From positions 62,001-126,000 of IMG/VR virus record IMGVR_UViG_3300009838_000017: 64,000 nucleotides of DNA. One strand, given 5' to 3'. Under the pieces are notes generated by a model. It worked only from the letters and a program-made list of their open reading frames with translations. It had not been told where the DNA came from and searched no databases. A program made the position numbers and the translations under genes. How positions within the stretch are numbered: the stretch's first letter is position 1; every line of letters begins with the position of its first letter. Positions 10,067 through 20,003 of this stretch are shown here, in pieces. Source of the DNA: an uncultured virus (IMG/VR IMGVR_UViG_3300009838_000017) (taxonomy: Duplodnaviria; Heunggongvirae; Uroviricota; Caudoviricetes).

Positions 10067-13000
10067 TCATGGGTCGATCAGGAAGTCAACGACCCCCTCG
10101 TCCACATTCTTGACCAGGCGATAGACATGAAAATCACCGTCAAGGTAGTCGAACGAGATTGACCCCAGGACAGCGTTTGAGTTCAAGTCAACCAGCCGCA
10201 CCTCTCGCTCGCCATAAGGCGTAGAAACGAACGCCAGGGCCGCTGTCATGCCAAGGGCACTGAACCCGAAGCGAACCCCTGAGTCCCCAGTCCCGAGCGT
10301 TGAGTCACTCAAGAGCCGAAGCCGGAAGTCCACCCTGGTCGAGAGGCCCTTGGGGTCCGTGATGGGGGTTGCGTTCCTGTAGACCGTCCGTGTCGTGGAG
10401 CCAGGAGCCACCCCATAGGTGAGAACCCCTCCAGCAACCGTGGTAGTCACCTCGGATTCGATCTCCGAAGCCAGAACCCATGGGGTCCCGTAGCCAGGGT
10501 CCTGCTCGGGAAGCACGTCCCCCTCATAGACGGCACACACCGTCTTCTGCCAGGATAGCTTCCCGATCCGAACTAGGCCGCTTTCATCGGAGAATGGCGC
10601 CACCAGGTCAGGCTCCCCAGACTTCTGCTCAAGAACCTGTAGGCTGTTGTAGAGAACGTTGTCTGGAACAACGATCTTCACCTCAGTGGAGGCGTCATTC
10701 AACTGGAAACCCTCTGTGTTCAAGACATCCGAGGGGTTGTTGAGCGTCGATAGGAACGTAACCTGTGGCCTGGGGCGACGGACCTCATAGGTCTGCGTTT
10801 GAGGGACAAGGGGGGTACCCTCGTTGAGCCTGGTAAACGCTACAATGTCAGGGCTGCTGGAGTATTCCTCCCACGGATAGGGCACACCTGTAGAAGAGGA
10901 GGTGTACTGGGTGTGGTTGTGCTTCACTTTCCCGAACAAGTGCTCGGGGGAGGACATGACGTTCCGCTGATTCAAGAACTGATGGTGCGGAGCAATCTTC
11001 AGCTCACTTGGAGAACGAGTGACCCCGTACCTGACGAAGTCCCAAGCGGTCTGGGAGAGGTTCTCAGGGTCAAAGGCCCCCCATGAGACAGAGGGCAGCC
11101 CACGGTTGATCGTGTAGGGCAGTCCCACCGAGCTGTGAGGAAGATTGACCTCGCTGTAGTCCACCTGAAGAAGTGGCTCGGGGATCGCATCCTGGAAGAG
11201 GGCCACAAACCCTGCTGGGTCCCGGACCAGCCGGAACTTGTGAGTTGTCCCACCCCCTTCAGCCGATATCTTGTAGAAAGACCAAGTAGGGACTGTTAGG
11301 AAAGTGGCCGCAATCGTGAGTGTGGTTGTATCCACAGAGACAATCGGGAACGACCCCTGGTTTGGACCAACCTCGATCACTATGCTGTCACCAGGCTGAA
11401 CACCAAGAGCAACGAAGTCCTTGGTGTTGTCCGTCAGGTAGTTTGCAACCGCTAGGCCCCCACCGCTTGCCTTCAAGGCCATCGGACTTGAAGACCGCCA
11501 ATCAGTCTGAGCAGGGATCCGGTACCCCTGAGTCAGGGACCCAGGCTGAGGGAAGGACCCAGTGATGGTGAGCGTGCCCCCAGACCTTGAGGCAATCGAG
11601 TAGACTCCTCGGTTGACCCCATAGTCGATGATCAGGTCGTCCCCAACCTGAACCCCAGCCGCTACGAAGTCGGCTGCTGCATCCGTGAGCTGGTTGCCTG
11701 CTGTTGCTCCGTTCCCCTGAATCCGGATCGGCAAGTGATAACCCAGAAGAGAGTTCGGGTCCGAACCCTTCCAGATCCCAAGGTAGTGCTGAACCCCAGA
11801 AGCCGGTTGTGCTCGCCAGACGTTGGCGTAGTGCCACTCCACAACCGAGCGAGCCACCCTGCTGGTCAACGTGGAGGACCCAAAGGAGTAGGTCGGGTCC
11901 CCGTTCGCTGTATCGAACAAGGAGTAGGCAATGGATCCCATGAACTTGTTGTCGATGAACAAGCTCACGAGGTCTCCGCTGGTATTCTTCACCAAACGGT
12001 AGATGTGGGCCTTCCCATCGAACCAGTTGAACTTGATCAGGGCCGTCAAAACGGGTCTGATCTGACCGTCTGAGTGGAATGCTATCTGAAGTTCCCCCGT
12101 GGTGGGGTCCACTCGGGTCATGATCCCAAGGGTGTGGGTCCCATCGAAGACATCCAGAGTGGCCCCACAGAAGTTGTTGTCGGGGGACCCGTCAGGCGTG
12201 TATGAGACGACCTGGAACTTGGCCTCAGCGTACCAGTCCAGGCTCTCCTCAAGGATTCGCTCGTCCGAACCCATGGGTGCCAGGTCGTTGATGGAGAAGA
12301 CCCGACCATCAACGACTGTGGTGTCCTCGATGCGTAGGATCCTCCCAACCATCGTTGCAGGGGCCGTCCCGTGGGAGGACCAGGGGTTCGGAGTTGCATC
12401 CTGTGGAAGCGATCTCCCAGGGTAGCTGAGCTTTGGTTGAGGCTTCGAGGGGAAGAAGCATAGCTGGACCAGACGAGTCCCATCGTCGATGGCCGCCATG
12501 ACTGAGTTGGCCGAGACCCCATGAGTGTAGGTGCGAAGGCTAACCCCAAGGTCGAGGGTCACATCAGAAGAGGCTCCCAGAAGAGGCTCGATCCTGGTGA
12601 AGCCCCGGAAGTCCCCACCCATGAGACCGACGGCACTTGAGGTCGAGGCATCCGTTGCCGAAGTGGAGTCAAGAAGAAGTAGCCCGTTGGAAAGGGACTC
12701 GTTCCCATGGTACCCGACAGGGGTCCAGGGGGTCAGGGCCGTCTCCGGGTAGATGTCACCCTCGTAGGACACGAAGATCGAGGGTGCGCTCTGTTCGGGG
12801 TTGACTGGAAGGACAACGTACCGAACGAAGTCCCAAGTGCTCAAGTTCTGAGCCTCCCGGCTCAGTGACCCAAAGTAGGCATTCTGGACTTCATTGAAGG
12901 GGTCATCCAGCTCCTCAAGGAAAGGAAGCTCCTCTTCCGTGATCCGAAGGCTCTCAACCACCTCCCCATCCACGTAGAAACGGGTCACCCCATCTCGGTC

Positions 13001-15769
13001 CCGGAAGAACCGGTAGGAGTGGAGAACAGACCAGTCAAAGTCGAACGGTAGCTGGGTGGGGTTGCCGTTGGAGTCTACCCCACCCGTCCAGGCTTCTAGG
13101 CTAGCTTGACGGTTCCCGAATCCATTCTTGAGGAACCCGATCTTCCGCACCCCATTCTCGATGAGGTAGCCCAGAACAACCACTCGGTTGGTGTCAGACC
13201 AGCCTACAGAGATGCCCGTGTAGACCCCATCTGGTGTCGTGGAGTTGATCTTGAGGCGCCAGGTTGCAGCGTAGACACAGGGGAAGGTGAGGTCTACCTC
13301 CCGTGTCCAGAATAGAGGCTCCCCTGTAGGGAATGGACCAGAGGAGGTCTTCTCGACCAGGAGAGCCCCCTCAACAGCAACAGCCGTCCCAGTCCCCCTA
13401 CGAACCCAAGGGGCAACCGGGTCCACCTCAGGAAGGGTGTCCGCTGAATAGGAGACGGATACCTCCTCCACCTGCCTCGAAAGAGGAGGGTACCCGATCC
13501 GATGGATCGGGGTATTCAGGACAAAGAGGTTGGGGTCGTTCAGAGCAACCGAGTAGGCCCGCTCAAAAGCTCGGTAGTGGAGTTCCCGAAGCAGTGGTTG
13601 GGCCTGGTTGGCGAGGATGCCCTCAGTCTGGAAGGAAGCTGGGGAGACCAGCACGTTCCGGTATCGGTAGGTGTGCTGAGATGTAGACTGACCGCCCACA
13701 TTGTTGAGCCAGTTGTTGAGCCTGAACTCCTTGGAGTTGAGCTTCCGGACCTCAACAGTCGGGTCCGGGATCCAGGAGTAGTCGATCTTCACATCGGCTT
13801 CGGGGGCAGGGGGGGAGTCCAGGATCACCTGCCCAAGCAGCCCCACAACGGCCTGGACGGCTACACGATGGCCGTCAATCTTGACCGTGACATCGGAGGG
13901 GCTGTCCGCAATCTCCCCTGTCCTAGGGTCGTACAGGCGCCAAGAAAGGGCACCGTTGGCAGGGTCCGGGAGGTGGAAGCTGGCCTGGAGCTTGAGCCGG
14001 GTCTGGTTGACCACACCAACCACCCGATAGGAGCCCCCATTCACGGTGGACCCACTTAGCTCCAGGTACAGACCAACGTGGCTTGAGGTGAACGAACCAC
14101 CAGGAAGGACCACCTCGCTCAGGGTCAGGTTCCCGAAGTGCAAAGAGGGGGCCGTCTGAATCGCCCCTCCGGTCCCAGTCTGAATGTCCAGGGCAGGTTT
14201 CGAGATTGGTCCCCGGTCAGTGAAGAGAGACCTGGTAAGAAGGGGGACCGTACCGACGAAGGTGTGCTGGTTGAAGGAGGGATCAACAGGGTTTCCAGCC
14301 TCATCCTTGGGAGTCCCAAGGGCGTTGACCGTAAGGTATTGGAGCCCCTCACCCATCCCAGAAGTGAAGAGAACGACTGTCTTGGGGTCGATAGCCCGAA
14401 CCTCACGAATCCTGACGGGTTCCGAGGTTGGCCCGAGGAGAAGGTACTCACTCGGGTTGAGAAGATCCGGGTCAACCCGCATGTCCTTGTCAAAGGACAC
14501 GATGACCGAACCATCATCCACTACGGTGAAGGCGGTCACCACCTTGGGCTTCGACCCAAAGGCAACGAACTCGACCCCTCCTGAGTAGGGGGTGTGAGAA
14601 GCCTTCTTAGTCAGCAAGAAGACTTGCCCGAAGTAGGTTCTACCCAGAGAGGTCTCAGTGACCTTCAGGATGGCCCCTCGTGCCCCATCCCGGTGAGACC
14701 ACTTCAGGGTGCCTGTCCCAGGCACAAAAGTACCTGGGGACCATGAAGAGCCAGGGGGAATGTAGGTCCCGTTGTCTGGCCCTGTGTAGGGAACCTCTCG
14801 GTCCAGGACCACCTTGGACCCAGAGTAGGAAAGAATCCTGTAGGGCATCGAGGAGTTGAACATCACCCCCTCGATGTAGAAGTAGTCCCCGATATTCTTA
14901 GGGGTGAACGACCCGGTTACTGTGTCAAAGACGAAAGAACGAGCGGCCCTGCTGGAGTCGAACGTCTCGGGGGGCACCACTTGTCCAGAGGATCCCTCCT
15001 GAAAGACATCCTGGACGGGGATGGCTGAACTGATGAGGGTCGGAAAAGCTCTCGATTCCCTTGGCGTGATGAGGTAAGCAATAGGGTCCGAGACCCCCTC
15101 GATATCCATTACCTCTGGGAACTCTACGCCAACCGTGGTTTCGTTGATGCTGTAGAACCGAAGAGAGCCGATCTGAAGGCTCTCGAAGAGGTGTAGGACG
15201 GTTTCGACCTGGAACGTGACATTGAAGTCAAACGAGGTCTGGACGGTCTGGGTGAGGGTTTCAGTTGCGTTGGCGATGAAGGGGGAGATCCCCTCTTCGA
15301 CAACCAGGGCCTCCTCCACCCTAGCGTGCTGACCGAACCGAAGGTCCTCCCCGATGGAGAAGTTCTCAGCCCCGTCGAAGACTGCCCCACCAGTGTGGAA
15401 GACGTAGCTGAGATTCGCAGTTTCCTCAGCCAGAGTCATGACGGAGATGTCCACCTGTACGGTGTTCCCGTCAGCGAAGTCTGGGTGCCCAGTTACGTTG
15501 ATGGTGAGGTCTTGCCCCTCGTTGATGACTGTCCCAGAGAACGGGGACAGGAACGAGGCATCCTGGATGACCTGGATTCCGTTCAGGAAGAACTGGAGAG
15601 TGTACGCCTCGAACTCGGAGATGCTGTGGAGGACGACCTGGACAGGGGTGTTGACCGGCGCACCCGTCCCATCAATGGCCGGGGTGGCCGACGTGATGGA
15701 GACGCCCCCGGACTCAAGGGACAGCCCACCAAAGGGTGTCGTACCGAAGGGGCTACTGCCGTAAGACAT
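10067..15769 (-). CDS. Large multidomain virion adhesin (Ig-like plus ConA/LamG-like domains), 1900 aa
   Basis: Ig-like segments (VEFPEVM...DPIAYLI; VSFDKDM...NPSEYLL); four Y-x-[GA]-x-x-x-P-[EQ]...PW repeats with HxYRLV/F..DG-type beta-sandwich motifs. Confidence 0.7.
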   Translation of the reverse strand: MSYGSSPFGTTPFGGLSLESGGVSITSATPAIDGTGAPVNTPVQVVLHSISEFEAYTLQFFLNGIQVIQDASFLSPFSGTVINEGQDLTINVTGHPDFADGNTVQVDISVMTLAEETANLSYVFHTGGAVFDGAENFSIGEDLRFGQHARVEEALVVEEGISPFIANATETLTQTVQTSFDFNVTFQVETVLHLFESLQIGSLRFYSINETTVGVEFPEVMDIEGVSDPIAYLITPRESRAFPTLISSAIPVQDVFQEGSSGQVVPPETFDSSRAARSFVFDTVTGSFTPKNIGDYFYIEGVMFNSSMPYRILSYSGSKVVLDREVPYTGPDNGTYIPPGSSWSPGTFVPGTGTLKWSHRDGARGAILKVTETSLGRTYFGQVFLLTKKASHTPYSGGVEFVAFGSKPKVVTAFTVVDDGSVIVSFDKDMRVDPDLLNPSEYLLLGPTSEPVRIREVRAIDPKTVVLFTSGMGEGLQYLTVNALGTPKDEAGNPVDPSFNQHTFVGTVPLLTRSLFTDRGPISKPALDIQTGTGGAIQTAPSLHFGNLTLSEVVLPGGSFTSSHVGLYLELSGSTVNGGSYRVVGVVNQTRLKLQASFHLPDPANGALSWRLYDPRTGEIADSPSDVTVKIDGHRVAVQAVVGLLGQVILDSPPAPEADVKIDYSWIPDPTVEVRKLNSKEFRLNNWLNNVGGQSTSQHTYRYRNVLVSPASFQTEGILANQAQPLLRELHYRAFERAYSVALNDPNLFVLNTPIHRIGYPPLSRQVEEVSVSYSADTLPEVDPVAPWVRRGTGTAVAVEGALLVEKTSSGPFPTGEPLFWTREVDLTFPCVYAATWRLKINSTTPDGVYTGISVGWSDTNRVVVLGYLIENGVRKIGFLKNGFGNRQASLEAWTGGVDSNGNPTQLPFDFDWSVLHSYRFFRDRDGVTRFYVDGEVVESLRITEEELPFLEELDDPFNEVQNAYFGSLSREAQNLSTWDFVRYVVLPVNPEQSAPSIFVSYEGDIYPETALTPWTPVGYHGNESLSNGLLLLDSTSATDASTSSAVGLMGGDFRGFTRIEPLLGASSDVTLDLGVSLRTYTHGVSANSVMAAIDDGTRLVQLCFFPSKPQPKLSYPGRSLPQDATPNPWSSHGTAPATMVGRILRIEDTTVVDGRVFSINDLAPMGSDERILEESLDWYAEAKFQVVSYTPDGSPDNNFCGATLDVFDGTHTLGIMTRVDPTTGELQIAFHSDGQIRPVLTALIKFNWFDGKAHIYRLVKNTSGDLVSLFIDNKFMGSIAYSLFDTANGDPTYSFGSSTLTSRVARSVVEWHYANVWRAQPASGVQHYLGIWKGSDPNSLLGYHLPIRIQGNGATAGNQLTDAAADFVAAGVQVGDDLIIDYGVNRGVYSIASRSGGTLTITGSFPQPGSLTQGYRIPAQTDWRSSSPMALKASGGGLAVANYLTDNTKDFVALGVQPGDSIVIEVGPNQGSFPIVSVDTTTLTIAATFLTVPTWSFYKISAEGGGTTHKFRLVRDPAGFVALFQDAIPEPLLQVDYSEVNLPHSSVGLPYTINRGLPSVSWGAFDPENLSQTAWDFVRYGVTRSPSELKIAPHHQFLNQRNVMSSPEHLFGKVKHNHTQYTSSSTGVPYPWEEYSSSPDIVAFTRLNEGTPLVPQTQTYEVRRPRPQVTFLSTLNNPSDVLNTEGFQLNDASTEVKIVVPDNVLYNSLQVLEQKSGEPDLVAPFSDESGLVRIGKLSWQKTVCAVYEGDVLPEQDPGYGTPWVLASEIESEVTTTVAGGVLTYGVAPGSTTRTVYRNATPITDPKGLSTRVDFRLRLLSDSTLGTGDSGVRFGFSALGMTAALAFVSTPYGEREVRLVDLNSNAVLGSISFDYLDGDFHVYRLVKNVDEGVVDFLIDP

Positions 15770-15777
15770 TGGTCACC

Positions 15778-16260
15778 TCACACCTGCCACAGTTCTGCAA
15801 TGATGGTGTCCACAAGAGGGCCACCGTATGGAGGCGTGAACGGGTAGGGTTGAGTGATGACGTTCGTGACCCAAGTGACGTAGACAACCCCTGGAGCCCC
15901 GGAATCTCTGGCCCTCTTCTTGACGTAGGTGATGTATCCAGAGCCAGAAGCGTAGGCAGTTCCGATGGTTCTCATGGGATGCTGCACACCGATCCTCGAC
16001 ACAGTACGGTCGCAGAACTCCTCAACCACAAAAGCACCGTCATGGTGGGAGGTCCCAACCTGTCGAAGGGTCATCAAGACGTTGAAGAACGTGTTGAGAG
16101 CCCTCAAGTCCTGAGCGAAAGTAGGGACCACCCTATCAACCATGGATGTGTTGAACCCGGTGTTTGCAGCAGGAGGGTCCGCCGGGTACTTGGCATCCAC
16201 CCTTACAGCATCAGTGTACCACCTGGTTGTGACACATTGTCCGTCAGTTGCGACCGTCAT
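15778..16260 (-). CDS. Hypothetical virion-module protein, 160 aa
   Basis: ORF fills the gap between neighbours; GAGGTG RBS. Confidence 0.7.
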   Translation of the reverse strand: MTVATDGQCVTTRWYTDAVRVDAKYPADPPAANTGFNTSMVDRVVPTFAQDLRALNTFFNVLMTLRQVGTSHHDGAFVVEEFCDRTVSRIGVQHPMRTIGTAYASGSGYITYVKKRARDSGAPGVVYVTWVTNVITQPYPFTPPYGGPLVDTIIAELWQV

Positions 16261-16268
16261 GGATCACC

Positions 16269-17489
16269 TCAACCACAGGCCCCTGTGACTCCAAGTCGAT
16301 ACGTCCCAGAGAGCGGATTCACCGAAGAGATCCAGGGCACCAGCAGCTTGTAGTTCGTGACCGTGGGCGTCCCGATGATGAGCTTGCTCTTGTCCAGGTT
16401 GAACTGAAGGTTGGCACTGTTCTGGACCACCCGGAAGAAGTCAATCTCCCCGGCAAACCCGTCGTAGTATTCACCAACCCCAATGAGACAAGGCATGTCA
16501 TCATAGGTGGGTGGGGAGAAAAGCCTATTCGGCTGCATCTGGTTGCCGCTGTACCCCATGAACTCATCAAGGTACGAGGTTTTCATGTTACGAACCTCGT
16601 AAGAGCCATAGGTGTTGAAGGCTATGCCCCCGTTATCGGTGGAAGTGCCGGAAGCACCTCCAAAGTACACACCGGACCCCTGCATAGAGGTTGTCAGGCC
16701 ACCCATCATGCAGTAAGGGTCCTGGGTCGTCAGGTTGTCTCGACGCTTGTAGGCCCCTGTGTAGCAGAAATGGTAGTTGATGTTGTTTGCGTCATCCACC
16801 AAGAGCAAGAGGCCATCGTGGTCTGCGAGGTAGTGATACCTGGTTGGGGTGGCCGTGTAGGCTGTCGTGAACACCAGGTTCATGTTCTGCTTGGAAGTGT
16901 AGTGGGTGCCCCCAAGGTTGTTGCTTCTGGGGAAGACGTAGAGGCCCGTTCCTCCTGTAGGGACCTTCCAGACCGGGTTTCCCTTGGCCTGGCTCCCGAA
17001 CGATCCTGAGTCCCCGTAGGTCCCCAGCGTGCCGTTCCAGGGCATCTGGTCCCCTCCGATGCCAACCCCCATCTGGATCGCTACCCAGTGTTCGTACTGG
17101 TTGTTGTTGGCCTGACCAATACACAGTCCAGGGTTGGAGTTCCCAAGGCTCCAGGTGTTGTTGTACTGAACCCACTGGACCAAAACGTAGAACGGCTCGT
17201 TTCGAGGTCCAGCATAGCTGGGGTTTGCTGGGGTTGTAGAGGCAGTACGCCACTCAAACAAGTACCAAGCGTTCGAGGTGAAGGGGCCACTCTCATCCCA
17301 GTAGCCAACGGCTGCCGCCGAAGCCGCCCCAGAACCAGCATACCGAGCCCGAAGGGTCACAACTCCTTGAGTCTCAAGGTACATGAGGAAGTCGTAGAGG
17401 CCCTTGAAGAACTCCTGGGCGTTCTGATAGACGTTGTTCCCTGTATACAGGGAGACACATTCGAGCTTTCCGTAGGCTTGCCCCGACAT
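16269..17489 (-). CDS. Paralog array member 5 (putative receptor-binding/adhesion protein), 406 aa
   Basis: GGAGG RBS; shares FKGLYDF, PWNG, KGNPVW, FPRSN, ADHD, PNRLF and GFAGEIDF motifs with four neighbours. Confidence 0.75.
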   Translation of the reverse strand: MSGQAYGKLECVSLYTGNNVYQNAQEFFKGLYDFLMYLETQGVVTLRARYAGSGAASAAAVGYWDESGPFTSNAWYLFEWRTASTTPANPSYAGPRNEPFYVLVQWVQYNNTWSLGNSNPGLCIGQANNNQYEHWVAIQMGVGIGGDQMPWNGTLGTYGDSGSFGSQAKGNPVWKVPTGGTGLYVFPRSNNLGGTHYTSKQNMNLVFTTAYTATPTRYHYLADHDGLLLLVDDANNINYHFCYTGAYKRRDNLTTQDPYCMMGGLTTSMQGSGVYFGGASGTSTDNGGIAFNTYGSYEVRNMKTSYLDEFMGYSGNQMQPNRLFSPPTYDDMPCLIGVGEYYDGFAGEIDFFRVVQNSANLQFNLDKSKLIIGTPTVTNYKLLVPWISSVNPLSGTYRLGVTGACG

Positions 17490-17512
17490 GAACTAGACCT
17501 CCTAGAAGACGA

Positions 17513-18742
17513 TCAGGGGAATGCCCCGGTTGTCCCCACCCGAGTCGTCCCAGAGAGGGGGACCACAGCAGAGTTCCACGGGACAATGAACTTGAGAGCC
17601 GATACAGTTGGGGTCCCGATGATGAGCTTGTTGCCCGCCGTGTTCCTCTCCAAGTTGGCTACGTTCTGGACGATGCGGAAGAACTCGATGCTCCCCGCAA
17701 ATCCAGCATAGTATTCATACGGTTGAATGAGGTATGGCATCTCATCGTAGGTACTTGAGGCAAAAAGTCGATTCGGTTGAGTGTAGTTGGTTGACCACCC
17801 AAGAACTTCCTGAAGAAGGGAGGTGCCTACCAACCGAACATCACAAACCCCATCACGTTTGAAGGCAATACCACCGTTGGTGCCATTGGTTCCCAATGTA
17901 TCCCCGAAGTACGTTCCTGAATCTGGGGCAATCACAGTCCTGCCACCCATCATGAGGTAGGGATCCTGGTCAGTTAGACCATCTCTCAGCTTGTAGACCC
18001 CCGAGTACAGGTAGTGGTAGTTCACGTCATTGGCGTCGTCATTCAGAATGAGTAGACCATCGTGGTCGGCAATGAAGTGGTATCTAACTGGAATGTTCGG
18101 GGTCCACTGATTGAAGAACACGTAGTTCATGTTCTGCTTGGAGGTGTTATGGGACCCTCCGGAGTTGTTGCTTCGAGGGAAGACATAGAGGCCGGTCCCG
18201 CCGGTAGGGACCTTCCAGACCGGGTTTCCCTTGGCTTGGTTCCCGAACGACCCTGAGTCCCCATAGGTCCCCAGCGTGCCGTTCCAGGGCATCTGGTCCC
18301 CTCCAATGCCAACGGCCATTGAGAGGGCTACAGCTCCAGATTGACCCCCATCAGGCCCATTGACACCCAAAATCAAAGACGGGGCCGCTGGGGTGCCCGA
18401 TTGGGAGAACCATCCATCTGGGGAAGTGGCAAACTGGATGAGAATGTAGAACGGCTCATTCCTGGTCCCGGCATAGCTCGGATTCGACGGAGTTGTCGAA
18501 CCGGTCCTCCACTCGAACAAGGCCCAAGCGTTGTGGGTGAAGGGATTCGCCTGGTCCCAGTAGGCCACTGAGGCTGCTGAGGCTGCTCCAATCCCAGCAT
18601 ACCGAGCCCGAAGGGTCACAACCCCCTGGGTCTCAAGGTACATGAGGAAGTCGTAGAGCCCCTTGAACACCTCGTAGGTGTTGTACTTGTTGTTGCCGGT
18701 GTTCGAGACACACTCAATCTTGCCGTAGACCTGACCTGCCAT
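17513..18742 (-). CDS. Paralog array member 4 (putative receptor-binding/adhesion protein), 409 aa
   Basis: GGAGGA RBS; closest to 16269..17489. Confidence 0.75.
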   Translation of the reverse strand: MAGQVYGKIECVSNTGNNKYNTYEVFKGLYDFLMYLETQGVVTLRARYAGIGAASAASVAYWDQANPFTHNAWALFEWRTGSTTPSNPSYAGTRNEPFYILIQFATSPDGWFSQSGTPAAPSLILGVNGPDGGQSGAVALSMAVGIGGDQMPWNGTLGTYGDSGSFGNQAKGNPVWKVPTGGTGLYVFPRSNNSGGSHNTSKQNMNYVFFNQWTPNIPVRYHFIADHDGLLILNDDANDVNYHYLYSGVYKLRDGLTDQDPYLMMGGRTVIAPDSGTYFGDTLGTNGTNGGIAFKRDGVCDVRLVGTSLLQEVLGWSTNYTQPNRLFASSTYDEMPYLIQPYEYYAGFAGSIEFFRIVQNVANLERNTAGNKLIIGTPTVSALKFIVPWNSAVVPLSGTTRVGTTGAFP

Positions 18743-18754
18743 GACTGGTTCCTC

Positions 18755-19993
18755 CTAGAAGACGATTCCCTCTCGGGTCAGGCCGATCCCTGGGTTCACG
18801 CTGGCAGGCCAGGGAACAGAGAGCTTGACGACGTTGGTGAGACTGGTGGAACCGCCAACGACGTAGCGAGTACCTGTCCCAGTGGTTCGACACCTGGTCT
18901 CAGACCCAGAAGTCTCCTTGATGAAGTCGATCTGCCCTGCATACCCGTACCAGTTGGGGTACTCATACATGGCAATAGGGATCGGGTACTCGTCAAACAC
19001 TGGAGTGTCGAAGTATTTGTTGGGGTTCATGAACACATAGGGAGATGAACTGTCGAAGAGGAGTTGATACCTCTCCATGAAAAGCCCCCTAACCCCGTTG
19101 ACGGCTGGATTAGGGGCTGGAATCCCACCACCGTTGTTTGGGCTCTCATTACACCACCCCTGTCCGTTGGTGCTCCCGTAGACATTGCCTCTCAGGATCG
19201 GCAGATACCCCGTGATGGTGTTGAGCATCACGTAGGGGTATTCAAAAGTCAGGTCCGGCCGTGGAACGAAGACACCAAAGTAGCACAAAGACCACTGATC
19301 TATGTAGGTTGGATCTGCAAGGAAGACGAAGTTGTCGTCATCCATGATGATGTGGACCTTGCTTGGACTGGTTGTGTTCCCACTATCACGATAGAAAATG
19401 TGGCTGGTGTTCTCCTTGTTCGTCACATGGGCTCCACCCACGTTGTTCGAGCGAGGATACACGATAACCCCAGTCCCGCCGGTTGGAGTCTTCCAGACAG
19501 GGGAACCCTTCACGTTCTGACCAAGTGTCCCCGTGCCGTTCCAGGGGTTCTGATCCCCCCCGATGCCAATGGCAAACTGAATGCCTATGCGGCTGTTGTT
19601 GCCGCTGTAGTTGGCGTTGTTTTCGCACTTCCCTGGGTTCCCTGGGGAAGAGCCAAAGCTGGCCTGGTCATCTCGGTTCCACTGGACTAGAACGTACCAA
19701 GGGAACGTCCTGGTCCCAATGTAGAGAGGGTTTTCGGTGACCGTGTTCATCTTGAACACGAACCAGGCGTTGTTGGTGAAGGGGAAAGACTCGTCCCAGT
19801 AGTTGACTGAGGAAGCTGTGCTACCGATCCCCCCATGACGAGCCACCTCGGTCATGTTCGGATGGACCTTGAAATATTTGTAGATCGCAGTGAACACCTC
19901 TTGGACGATGTCTCTGTACCCAGCCCCAGTACCCGTAGGGGTATTCCTGAACCCGAAGTAGCACTCGACCTTTCCTCGAATCGTACCGGACAT
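18755..19993 (-). CDS. Paralog array member 3 (putative receptor-binding/adhesion protein), 412 aa
   Basis: Start reassigned to ATG 19993 (MSGTIRGKVECY): GAGAGG RBS, matches paralog N-termini and removes the overlap. Confidence 0.75.
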   Translation of the reverse strand: MSGTIRGKVECYFGFRNTPTGTGAGYRDIVQEVFTAIYKYFKVHPNMTEVARHGGIGSTASSVNYWDESFPFTNNAWFVFKMNTVTENPLYIGTRTFPWYVLVQWNRDDQASFGSSPGNPGKCENNANYSGNNSRIGIQFAIGIGGDQNPWNGTGTLGQNVKGSPVWKTPTGGTGVIVYPRSNNVGGAHVTNKENTSHIFYRDSGNTTSPSKVHIIMDDDNFVFLADPTYIDQWSLCYFGVFVPRPDLTFEYPYVMLNTITGYLPILRGNVYGSTNGQGWCNESPNNGGGIPAPNPAVNGVRGLFMERYQLLFDSSSPYVFMNPNKYFDTPVFDEYPIPIAMYEYPNWYGYAGQIDFIKETSGSETRCRTTGTGTRYVVGGSTSLTNVVKLSVPWPASVNPGIGLTREGIVF

Positions 19994-20003
19994 CAGCGAC
20001 CTC

